Below are positions 1 through 11,246 of a stretch of 64,000 bases of DNA, in pieces. The translations under genes were made by a program, and so were the position numbers. Position 1 is the first letter of the stretch, and each line of letters begins with the position of its first letter. The notes below the pieces were generated by a model, which was not told the origin of the DNA, ran no database searches, and worked only from the letters and a program-made list of their open reading frames with translations. Source of the DNA: Octopus sinensis (taxonomy: Eukaryota); NCBI RefSeq assembly GCF_006345805.1, contig NC_043010.1, positions 19,592,001 through 19,656,000 on the forward strand, written 5' to 3'.

Positions 1-49
1 TTTGATTGATTTTCATTCCATTTCGCATCCCGCAACAACAAAGGGTTGA

Positions 50-250
50 GGCCTGTAGCTTAGTGGTTAGGGTGTCGGACTCGTGATGGTAAGATTGTGG
101 TTTCAATTTCTGGATCAGGCGACATGTGTTAATGAGCAAAGCAGTTCATTTCACATTGCTCCAGTCCACTCAGCCAGCAAGAGTGAGAAATCCTGCAATG
201 GACTGACATCCCATCCAGTGGGAAATTTATACGCTTCAAAAGGATCTTTA
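50..250 (+). mobile_element. tRNA-derived SINE, family C
   Basis: TAGCTTAGTGG A box, GGTTTCAATTTC B-box-like, CCAGTCCACTCAGC; GCAATGGACTGACATCCCATCCAG resembles the recalled V-SINE core. Confidence 0.6.
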
Positions 251-400
251 CTTATATCCTTATCAACAACAAAGGGTTAATGTCAAACCGTCACCATAAT
301 GAAGTGTTAATAACCCTAATCCAATGGAAGTGGCTTATTGTGATCACATTTTGATAATAATAATAAGCTGATAATATTAAGCAGAGGATCTAATAATATC

Positions 401-820
401 TCTTACTTTTTTACCTGTTTCAATCATTTGACTGTGGCTATACTGGAGCACCGCCTTTAGTCAAGCAAATTGACCCCAGGACTTATTCTTTGTAATCCTA
501 GTACTTATTCTATCGGTCTATTTTGCCAAACTACTAAGTTACCAGCATTGGTTGTCAAGCAATGTTGGGGGGGGGGACAAACACAGATACACAAACATAT
601 ACTCACACACACACACACACACATATATACATGATGAGCTTCTTTCAGTTTCCCTCTACCATATCCATTCACAAAGCTTTGGTCTACCAAATCCACTCAT
701 GAGGCTTTGGTCGGGCCGAGGCTATAGTAGAAGACACTTGCCAAAGGTGCCACGCAGTGGGACTGAACCCGGAGCCATGTGGTTGGTAAGCAAGCTGCTT
801 ACCACAAAGCCACTCCTGTA
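401..820 (-). mobile_element. tRNA-derived SINE, family A
   Basis: reverse of head GCAGGAGTGGC..TGGTAAG / GGTTCAGTCCC (A/B-box-like), CORE-like GCACCTTGGGCAAGTG, internal (CA/TA)n, tail TGACTGAAACAAGTAAAAG. Confidence 0.8.
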
Positions 821-844
821 GTTGTTTCTATCAATTTTTTAATC

Positions 845-1212
845 TTTTATCATTTACTTGTCTCAGTCATTAGACTGTGGCCATACTGGGGCACTGCCTT
901 GAGGAATTTTAGTCGAATAAATCAACCCCAATGCATTTTTTTAACCCTGGTACTTATTCTATTGGACTCTTTTGTTGAACTGCTAAGTTACCTGGATATA
1001 AATACACCAACACCGGTTGGCAAGCAGTGGTAGGTGACAAACACACACGCACACATATATGACAGGCTTCTTTCAGTTTCTATCTCAAGTCCATTCACAA
1101 GGCTTTGATTGGCCTGAAGCTATAGTAGAAAGCACTTACCCAAGATGCCATGCATTGGGACTGAACCTGGATCCATCTGGTTGGGAAGCAAACTTCTTAC
1201 CTCACAGCCATT
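845..1212 (-). mobile_element. SINE family A
   Basis: second copy directly adjacent, same orientation. Confidence 0.75.
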
Positions 1213-2014
1213 TTAGATAAAGAGCTGAGACCCACTAATTTTGATCCCCAAAACTGTTTTGATGACATCAGATATTATATTAGTTGAAATTTACAGAAAG
1301 ACAAAGACAGGTGTGTATGAACAACAAGCAGGTGTACTAGTTTGACACTCAGAAAAGTGAGAAAGTTTTTTACATTTCGAGCCTATGCTCTTCAGTAGAA
1401 AGGAATAAGAGAAAATAGACAGAGAGAGAATAAAAAACTTGTGACTTCTTTGATATTCCTAATATATTGAACCTTCAGATCCTTAGCAGTGATACTGTCA
1501 CACCCTTAAAATTAGTGTTACTTTCAAACATATGCAAATATCACATATTGGGCCCCAACATTAAATGATTGCCTTCATTGATGAAAAAATGTAAATGAAA
1601 GATGCATTCAATTGGTATGTATTTTCTTGGTCCCAAGAGAATGAAATTTAAACTTCCAGAAGTAGGATTTGAACTCGAGATGCAAAGGGAGATAACTTGT
1701 TGCTTCAAGTCAACGTTAAGTTTGACATGTGTCTGTTTTGGCTTAACTCTATCACAGCAAAATTAAATTTCATGTTTATTCCAGTAATGATGTTAAATAT
1801 CTGCCAAAAATTAGAATTGATATTTTTCGCAAGTCACATTATCTGAACTAAAGGTAGATTGATATATAAAACTACTTTCTGTAGTTATGAAACTCTGAGT
1901 TGATAAATTTGATTTCCACTGTAAAAGAATTTCCACTAAAGTCTATTATATGTGTAATGTCTGTGTGGAACAGTTGTAGTCTGAAATGTTCTTGATTTTT
2001 GTTTATTTTCTTAG

Positions 2015-2086
2015 GAAAAAGATAGAAGAATTGAATTAATCCAACACAGAAAAATGAAGAAGCGATTACGAAGATCTTTGGAAAAG
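2015..2086 (+). CDS. JAKMIP: JAKMIP-like exon 1 in window (EKDRRIELIQHRKMKKRLRRSLEK)
   Basis: ttttcttag acceptor, AAG|gtgagt donor, 72 bp, phase 0/0. Confidence 0.8.
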
Positions 2087-2989
2087 GTGAGTTGTATTTT
2101 ATTCCCTACAGACTTTCAGGTCATTGTGGTCCTTTCATTTGGACTTTTGGCAAGTTACATCTTAGATACCCTGCTCACTTTATCATGACCTTATATCACT
2201 ACATATCATACATCATCAATCTACCCCACCCCAACACACTGGATGGCTTTTTAACTCACGACTACATCTTCTTCAAAAACAGTTGTCTGAGATGCAAGCA
2301 CTCTTTCAATATATTGCTCAGCCTGCAAACTCTCGTGCTTCCCTTGCCAAAAGGGTTTTCACCAACTTTGTGAGATCCTTTAATGATCATCTCACCAATT
2401 GTTATGACATCAGAAGCCTTTATAATGACACCAGAGGTCTTTGCCTTGCAAGCTACTTGGCAGCTCTGCTGGTGCCATGTAAAAAGCACCAAGTACACTC
2501 TAAAATGTGGTTGACATTGGGAAGGGCATCCACCATAGAAACCATGCCAGAACAGACAATTCAGCCCATGCTAGCTTGGAAAACAGATGTTGATTGATGA
2601 GGATAATGAATTTAGTATTGTAATCAATAGCTTTCTGTCCTGACACCATTACAGTGCTTATTAATAGAGTTCTCTCTCTCTCTCTGATCAGCACTCTTAC
2701 ACTCACTGTTGCCATCTGCTGTCACTCTCTCTCTCTCTCCTATACAGATAATAACTACTCTTCACTCCTTCCTCTTTTCCATTCACTATACATAGTGTTT
2801 AATATGACTGTATGTATATGTGTTTGTGTATTAGCAGAATGTTCTTTCAAATATGAAGGTGTGTGTGACCTAGTTGTAGGATGTGGAGCATGATCAAATG
2901 GTCATGGGTCCAATTCTTTGACTTGGAATTACATTTTCTCCTTGAGCAAGGCACTTCATTTCATATTTCACCAGTTTACTGAAAATGGA

Positions 2990-3652
2990 TTCTGGCCAAT
3001 TGCTGGTGCAGCTCTCCCTTCATGCCATCCAGTTGTTGCTTGATGTTTCAGTCAGTCAGGAATGTCTGTGTTTCCTCCTATCTAAAACAACTAATGAAAG
3101 CATGACACAAGCTGTCCGATCACGCCCACCGCAAATGACAGATAAGCTTATACTTTCAATGCGCATTACTACTATTAGTTTCATCATGTCTCTTCAGATA
3201 ATGCTTAACAATCCAACTTCTTGTTATTTCTTTCAAGATAACATTATAGATAAATGCTTTTGTTTATTTGTTTTACTGTGTTTCAATAGTGAGCTACTCT
3301 TGTTCATTGGCTGGTTATGTTGGTGTTGTTTGATTCTTCATCATTTTTTAGGCAACTGCCTCTATATGTTTGTATGTCTTCTGCATCTTCATTTGAGCTC
3401 TTCATTATATTTAATGTATGGTTGGAATATTGCAGTAATAAAGTGGAATGCCATGTCTAAGAAATTGCCTGTATTGAGGTCACTACTTGCTATAATCTAT
3501 ACATAAAAATTTCTGAATAGTTTGGTTAAGTCACTATAAATTCCTCTGATAATGGTAATTAAGTCTGGAATATACATTCCAATTATGTTTGGAATTCCAC
3601 AGAATCCATGGCTTCTGTGCTTACATCAAAGAAATCTGCATTATGCTTTTCC
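2990..3652 (-). mobile_element. Penelope-like element fragment (RT C-terminal region), degenerate
   Basis: minus-strand translation includes GNFLDMAFHFITAIFQPYIKYN, like the Penelope RT NFLDV..YxPYxKPN motif. Confidence 0.55.
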
Positions 3653-4149
3653 CATCCATATGATATTTATTTTGTATAATTTAATGTGCATGTATATATA
3701 TTTATATATATTATAATATAATATATAATATATTTTTGAATTCTAACAGCAGTGCATCAGCATGGCCACAGCTCTGAGCTGAAACTAAAATATATATATA
3801 TATAATATATAATATATGCATATATACATCTATATATGTACATACCTACATATATATGGTGGACTCTCTCATCGAAGACGATGAATGAGGGTTCAGTAAT
3901 AACCTTAACTCCTAAGCCTTGTGACACCGCATGTGTATCTTCAATAATAAAAAAAAAAAAGCACACATCGTTGCGCCAAACCCCCGGTGCTATTGAGTGA
4001 AAATGGTTTACTGAACAACTGGCACTTTGACTTATTTAAAGTGGTCATTGCTTGTGCTGAACAAAGCCCACTCTCTCCACATATATATATATATATATAT
4101 AATTTATTTATTTGTGTTCTAATTGGGGACCTGCAAGCTGTCATTTGCT

Positions 4150-5480
4150 AAGTTTATTTATTGAATAAGGGAGACTACTCTCTCTCTCTTATTCCTACTT
4201 AAGCACCTCGTACAATTGTAAGAGAAAATAAGTGATGACAATGAACAGAAAATGTGTTCTAGTTGGGTTTCTATATTTCCCTACAGGGATATCGTTAAGA
4301 TTTCTGTGTGAGTATTTGTGATGAAATGAGATTGCTAATTGTTACTAATTAGACTTGAAATAATATCTAAAGTAAAGCTGAAACGAAAAGGAATAGCATT
4401 TTTCTGTTGGAATTTTATGTTACTCCTGTTGGTACCTTAACATGTGAAGCAATGGGGTTATTTCTGGATATTTTCTTCGCTATTTTAGTTTGATATTTCA
4501 AGATAGGTTTTCCAGGTTGCAAAGAGTGCAGTAAATTTGGTTGCATTTAAACCGATGCCTTGTCTAGGAACTACCAACTTAAGATATAGGTTCTATTGTT
4601 ATTTTCTGAAAATCGCACATTGCTAGCCTAGTGCCGAATCTTCTTCGTAATGTTCTTGATTAAGGCAACCCATAAACTATTTCATCATACTCCTATATTC
4701 AATAACATTTTGGTTAATTTTGGATATGACAGGCTGCTTATTTAACTGATTTTTCCTGGCAGTTTCCATAAGTTTGGCCCACTTAAGAGTGTGACACTTG
4801 CATTTTGCTCTCACTTGGTTGTGATCCGATTTAAATTCTTAATTGTTTTATTAATTTAGTTATTAACAAATATCTTCTTTTCTGTAAATTTATAATTAAA
4901 GATTTTCCTATATTTGTATGCGTAGAAACAGTCATTTTTTTTTTTTTATACAAAAATGACGAAAGGTTTTGCTGCTCATTTTTCTTACATTTGTCAAAAA
5001 GGGTAGAATACCCATTGACTTTCTGCAATGTTTCCATGCATTGTGCCATTTATGTTTGCTATATTTAATGGTTCCTTAGAAAAACACCAGATTCCTGTTC
5101 ATTGTTGTATATATTTGTCATATGAAATTGTGTTGCTCTGTTTGCTCAACTTGTTGGATAAATTACTAAGCATACACAGTTAATGGTTTGGAGTTCTTGT
5201 TTCTATATTTTATATTGAATCATTGTATTTAAAGTATGGTTGGAATATTGCATTAATAAGGTGGAATGCAATGTCTAAGAAATTGCCTGTATTGAGGTCA
5301 CTACTCACTATAATCTATGCATTAAAATGTTTGAATAGTTTGGTTAAGTCACTATAAATTCCTCCGATAATGGTATGGAACCTATTGTGAATTAAATCTG
5401 GAATATAAATTCCAATTAAGTCTGGAATTCCAGACTTCTGTGCTTACATCGAAGAAATCTTCATTATGCTTTTCCCATCA
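4150..5480 (-). mobile_element. Penelope-like element 3' part (RT end to GIY-YIG C-terminus), degenerate
   Basis: same RT segment at 5230-5480, then TNIGKS, W.FLDKAS and CTLCNLE motifs typical of Penelope thumb/endonuclease regions; many stops. Confidence 0.6.
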
Positions 5481-5847
5481 AATGTCATCAGAAAAAAAAA
5501 GATCAGATTTCTTGCTTGCATTTTCATTTCTGTTTTGTGGTCAGTGAAATCTATGACCCTTAACAAAACAAGTTTAATTTTATATGGGTGATATCCAAAT
5601 ATATCAGATTGAATAAATATGTATTGATTTTTTTTTGGGGGGGGGGACTGTAGAAACCAACTTGTAACTGGTATGCTTAAAATAAAAATAATATCGAACT
5701 TATTGTATACAATGATCAGGTGCACTACAGCCCTTCAGAAAAAGCAGCCAAAACTGCATGAACAGTACAAACACACACACACACACTCTCTCTCTCTCTC
5801 TCTAATCTAGTCTTAATTACAAATTACAACCATGTTATATGTTTCAG

Positions 5848-5961
5848 TGTGCCAGCACCAATGGAGATGATGATGCTTGTTCTGTTGACTCCGAAGTATC
5901 AGTCTCCTCTCTACCCATGGACAATGGTACAGATGAAAACCAGCTGGATATTTGGGATGAG
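5848..5961 (+). CDS. JAKMIP: JAKMIP-like exon 2 (CASTNGDDDACSVDSEVSVSS...IWDE)
   Basis: gtttcag acceptor, GAG|gtacgg donor, 114 bp, phase 0/0; acidic Ser-rich segment like the recalled JAKMIP DEEASLESDGSSVS. Confidence 0.85.
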
Positions 5962-6345
5962 GTACGGACCCCTGATTTTTATTTACATCACCCAGTCACA
6001 CTGTATCCAGCTTCAAACATGTCAACACTGTCTACATTCACATTTGTGACTCTTCATTCTCTCTCCATCTCTGCCTGACCCTTGCCCCCCCTCCTCTCTT
6101 TCTCTCATTCTTCCCTTTCACCTACTTTCCCCCCTGCCACTGATTCTCCCCTTTAACCCCATGTTACATGCTCCACTCCCAAACATAAAAATATCTTCCT
6201 TCCATCATTACTCACTATTCCACCTTCCTTCCTTTCTTTCTCTGTCACCATCGTCCCACTCCCCCCTCTCTCTCTGTATATATATATATATATATATAAT
6301 CTCATATAATACATTTCTAATACATGTTTATCCCTTCCACCACAG

Positions 6346-6471
6346 TATGCTCGAGAGGAAATAGAACGTAGCTACCGTCAGTTGATGCGTGAACACTTAG
6401 AACTGAAAAAGTCTTACACGCTCCTTCAGGCACAAACTTCCAGTGCATTGGACCCAGAACGAGAATTGAAG
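6346..6471 (+). CDS. JAKMIP: JAKMIP-like exon 3 (YAREEIERSYRQLMREHLELKKSYTLLQAQTSSALDPERELK)
   Basis: ccaccacag acceptor, AAG|gtaagg donor, 126 bp; strongest JAKMIP signature. Confidence 0.92.
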
Positions 6472-6644
6472 GTAAGGCACAACACCATCCTGTCACTAAT
6501 ACCACCACCACCCCCACCTCTTGAATTAACCGTGTTGTATGTTTGTGTGTGTGGGGGGCATGTTGTTGTGTATGTGTGCAAGCAGAATGTGTGTGTGCAT
6601 TGTGCCTCGTGTGGGTGTGTGCATTTAAGTTTGTGGATGCTAAC

Positions 6645-7300
6645 ATCAACACAACATCCACCCCAGCATCTCCATTCAACAACATCCACCCCAGCATCTC
6701 CACTCAACAACATCCATCCCAGCATCTCCACTCAACAACATCCACCCCAGCATCTCCATTCAACAACATCCACCCCAGCATCTCCATTCAACAACATCCA
6801 CCCCAGCATCTCCACTCAACAACATCCACCCCAGCATCTCCATTCAACAACATCCACCCCAGCATCTCCACTCAACAACATCCACCCCAGCATCTCCACT
6901 CAACAACATCCACCCCAGCATCTCCACTCAACAACATCCACCCGAGCATCTCCACTCAACAACATCCACCCCAGCATCTCCACTCAACAACATCCACCCC
7001 AGCATCTCCACTCAACAACATCCACCCCAGCATCTCCACTCAACAACATCCACCCCAGCATCTCCACTCAACAACATCCACCCCAGCATCTCCACTCAAC
7101 AACATCCACCCCAACATCTCCACTCAACCACATCCATCCCAGCATCTCCACTCAACAACATCCAACCCAGCATCTCCACTCAACAACATCCAACCCAGCA
7201 TCTCCACTCAACAACATCCACCCCAGCATCTCCACTCAATGACAGCATCCACCCCAACATCTCCACTCAATAACAGCATCCACCCCACCATTTCCATTCA
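6645..7300 (+). repeat. 28-bp minisatellite, about 23 copies (CAACAACATCCACCCCAGCATCTCCACT)
   Basis: direct reading; 28-aa periodicity in the overlapping ORFs; lies in intron 3. Confidence 0.95.
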
Positions 7301-7376
7301 ACAGAATCTACCCAATCATCCCTGTTCTGTCAATACCCTACTGCTATTCTACTTGTCTCTCTTCTACTCCTTATAG

Positions 7377-7460
7377 TTATGTCGTACTCTGGAATCGGAT
7401 CTCTTCGAAGCTCAGTGTAAAATTGAAGAACTGAAAGCTTTACTACAAACAGATGGTTTG
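7377..7460 (+). CDS. JAKMIP: JAKMIP-like exon 4 (LCRTLESDLFEAQCKIEELKALLQTDGL)
   Basis: pyrimidine tract + ttatag acceptor, TTG|gtaagt donor, 84 bp, phase 0/0. Confidence 0.88.
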
Positions 7461-7810
7461 GTAAGTTTTGGTTTGGCACTTTGAGAATTCTTGTAGCTCT
7501 GGTCAGACTGTAGCATTGTTGTAAAATGTCGAGCATAATTTAAACTCAATGGTAGAGGTTGGTCGGACATCGAAGAGGGGTGTGTCTAATTGAAGTTGGG
7601 TTTGACTGTGGTGAAAGAAAAAAAGGAGCTAGGTTAAAGAAAGGCTGCAAGAAATTCAAGGAATTGTTGTTACTTGGGAGTAAAGGATTTCCTTTTATGG
7701 CATGGTGGATGTTGGACAGATCTACAAAATGATAGTTACATATAGGTGCAGGTGTGGCCATGTAGTAAGAAACTTGCTTCTCAACTACGTGGTTCTGTCA
7801 TCTATTATAG

Positions 7811-8398
7811 CAATGGTTCCAAACCTAAGGTCTGCAGATCCCTGGTGGTCTGCAAAGGTAGTACTGGGGGTCCATGAACTAAATTCAGAATTTCATATAC
7901 GTGCTAGTGGAGTGCTAAGAGCACCATCCCAGCATGATCGTTGCCAGAGCAGCTAACCGGCTTCTGTGCCAGTGGCACGTAAAATGCACCATTCAAGTGT
8001 GATCGTTACCAGTGTCACGTGAAGAAACATCTGAGCGAGGTCATTGCCAGTGCTGCTGAACTGGCTCCTATGCAGGGGGCATGTATGTAAAAAAACACCA
8101 TTTGAGCATGGCCGTTGCCAGTAGCCTCTGACTGGCCCTCGTGCCGGTGGCACATAAAAGCACCCACTACATTCTTGGAGTGGTTAGTGTTAGGAAGGGT
8201 ATCCAACTGTAGAAACTGCCAGATCAAGATTGGAGCCTAGTTCAGCTATCTGGTTCGCCAGTCCTCAGTCAAATCATCCAACCCATGCTAGCATGGAAAG
8301 CAGACATTAAACGATGATGATATGCATACATAAGGATAAACATATTAAAAGGGGTCTGTGTGGAAAAGTCATTTAAATAAAAGGGCTGGGAACCACTG
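7811..8398. mobile_element. hAT-like MITE interrupted by an RTE tail
   Basis: TIRs CAATGGTTCCA / GGGAACCACTG; 8-bp TSD TATTATAG vs TACTATAG; related copy at 61661-61811. Confidence 0.7.
7902..8321 (+). mobile_element. RTE 3'-tail copy nested in a hAT-like MITE
   Basis: GGCACRTAAAA motifs, GGAAGGGYATCCA, CCATGCTAGCATGG, (GAT)n tail. Confidence 0.8.
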
Positions 8399-9530
8399 TA
8401 CTATAGCATCAGACTGACCAAAGCCTTGTGAGAGGATTTGATAGATGGAAACTGAAAGAAGCCCAAAGTACAAGTGCTGGTGCTATTTAAAAATTAGAAG
8501 TGATGGTGACACATGAAAGGCACCCAGTACACTCTGTAAAGTGGTTGGTGCAGGAAGGGCATTCATCTGTAGAAACTATGCCAAAAGATGTTTTGGTCTG
8601 GTATCTTCTCATTTGTGAGGTCAAACATTCTAGGATCTCATCGTAGCGCTTCTTCCCCTATTGTTGTCCAGAGAGTCACTTTTTCTCTGCAAAAGACAAT
8701 CAGTTTGAGATGTGTTGCACTTGGAAGCAAGATGTGGGTATTGAATGTAGATCTGTAGGCCAACAGTGGAATAAAAATGCAATGAGATTTTGAGTGAAGG
8801 CTGATTCTTGGTAACTGTGTTATCATGTAATGATGGTGAAGGATGTACTTAGCTTGGGACATTGAGAGAAGCGCTAGGATGAGATCTCAGGACATTGGGA
8901 GGAATGGTAGGATGGGATCTCGGGACATTTGACTTCACAAATGAGGAGATACTGAATCTAAATATATAGCAATTTGTCATTTTTATAGACTTATTCAACT
9001 TCTATTTCAGCCAGGGGGTAAAATGACATTTTAATAACAAGTATATGTGATTTAGGGAAGGTTTGACTGCTGTTTCTAACAGATCGAGCAACTGCCTTCA
9101 GAGTCCCAATTGTTGGTTCAAGAATCAGATACACAAGTCATAAAGACTTATGAGTGACTTACTTGACCCACAGCAAAACCTAATCCAGAGATACTCAAAG
9201 GAGAAGAACTCACGACTCTTCACAAAATTTGAGAATACCACAATATCTCACCTGAGAACAAGCCAACAAGAAAGCCTCAATGACATCTTTCGATTGGCTA
9301 GAAATAGCAGACAAATCTTCCTCAAATCATGTCTTACTATTTTTAAGAAGGAAAAAAAACATAGGGCACAATGCACAAGTTGAAGTAGTCTTGTATACAA
9401 CTTGAATAAAAGGCTTACTGGTCATGGTTGGGGGCTAAATAACAATATTACAATTAATTGCTTTGGAATAGAGTACCAACATCATTTTCGATTCCTGTTT
9501 GACAAGTACTACCTCTCTCTCTTCATCCAG

Positions 9531-9593
9531 GAACCACGGCTACTTGAAGAAAAAGAGACTCTACAATCAGCCAACATTGAAATGCAGAAAAAG
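9531..9593 (+). CDS. JAKMIP: JAKMIP-like exon 5 (EPRLLEEKETLQSANIEMQKK)
   Basis: ctctcttcatccag acceptor, AAG|gtaagg donor, 63 bp. Confidence 0.88.
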
Positions 9594-9780
9594 GTAAGGT
9601 TATGTCTTCTGTCAAGCTGTGCACTGCATCTCTGTGTCACAGCAAGTTTCTTCCACTTTTGTGTGACTCTGTAGCTTTCCTGTGTCACACTTACACACTA
9701 CACAATGTGTGTGTGTGTGTGTGTCTGCATATAGAAAGGCTGGTGGACAAGTATAGGGATTGTATGTGTTTGTATTACAC

Positions 9781-10026
9781 CGGCACATGTGCCAGGCAAG
9801 GCTGGCAACGGCCACGATTGGCACGTAAAAAGCACCAACCGATCGTGGCACGTAAAAAGCACCCACTAGACTCACAGAGTGGTTGGCATTAGGAAGGGCA
9901 TCCAGCTGTAGTAACACTACCAGATCAGACTGGAGCCTGGTGCAGCCTCCTGGCTTGCCAGACCCTGGTCAAACCGTCCAATGCATGCTAGCATGGAAAA
10001 CGGACATTAAATGATGATGATGATGA
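9781..10026 (+). mobile_element. RTE 3'-tail copy
   Basis: same tail motifs as 14750-14999. Confidence 0.8.
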
Positions 10027-10584
10027 TTAGAGTGATACTTCTCTTCACATACAAGTCCACACACACACAGACATACACATACACACACACAGAGGCTGAG
10101 GGAGAGAGAGAGCTTTGGATCAAGATGACATGTTTGTAAGGAATGAGTCTAGTTGATTGGCCAGACATTACTGCTACATACTTTGCCGACCTTTTAGCTA
10201 TGTCTGCTAATAAGATCAATCTTAATAGCATTTCAACTGCGAACATCTGGAATAACAATAATCACAGCAAAGCATCAGCCTGGTTTTTACTGTGTCTAGT
10301 AATACTCACACACACACACACACACAGAGGCCTAGATGCAGGCAGGGCTGTGAGGTGAAAAAGTTTGCTTCCCAGCCATGTAATTTCAGGTTCAATCCCA
10401 CTGTATGTCACCTTGGCCAAGTGTCTTTTACTGTAGCCCTGAGCCAACCAAACCCTCATGAGCAGATTTGGTTGGCTCAGGGCTACAGTAGATTTCTTTA
10501 CTACCCACAAGGAGCTAAACATAGAGGGGAAAAACAAAGACAGACAAAGGGATTAAGTCGATGACATTGACCCCGAAAGGATGA

Positions 10585-10757
10585 AAGGCAAAGACCTGAG
10601 TTCAAATTCCGCCGAGGTCGACTTTACCTTTCATCCTTACGTGGTCGATTAAATAAAGTACCAGTTACGCACTGGGGTCAATGTCATCGACTTAATCCCT
10701 TTGTCTGTCCTTGTTTGTCCCCTCTGTGTTTAGCCCCTTGTGGGCGATAAAAAAATA
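10585..10757 (+). mobile_element. SINE family B 3' portion within a complex inverted-duplication insertion
   Basis: GAGTTCAAATTCCGCCGAGGTCGAC...CCCCTTGTGGGCGATAAAAAAATA. Confidence 0.75.
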
Positions 10758-11015
10758 TACTGTAGTCTTGAGCCAACCAAACTCTCATGAACAGATTTGG
10801 TAGACAGTATTGAGAATTCTTGATCAGCACTTTTCAGACGATTAAGGTCCCTGTTAGTGTATATGTTTACATTTATGTGTGTTGACTACAGCATTAGAGC
10901 ATTTTAGCTCTTATTTGTAGCATTGTAGGTGTTTCCTAACACCCTAGTCACATTTAGAGATATTTGTAATTCTCCTTTTTGGTGATACATTGCAAACTGC
11001 TGTTTATATTAATTT

Positions 11016-11046
<31 letters not shown>

Positions 11047-11246
11047 TACATACATATATATATATATGTGTGTGTGTGTGTATGTGTGTATATATATATA
11101 TATATATACACACATACACACACACACACACACACACAAAATTTAGAGGACAGCCTATATGCTAAACATAGATGTCAAATGTGTTCTCACATTCTTCGTG
11201 GTAATGCCAATTTGACGTCTGCAAGAAATATGTTGATGTATGTTGT

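Noticed and set aside
50-130. tRNA genes at A/B-box-like sequences (also 16960-17035, 24860-24930, 40160-40230, 63880-63950)
   Set aside because: No complete cloverleaf; each continues into a shared SINE body, so they are tRNA-derived SINE heads.
2985-3506. 173-aa plus-strand ORF
   Set aside because: Antisense to a Penelope-like remnant; no splice signals or protein-like features.
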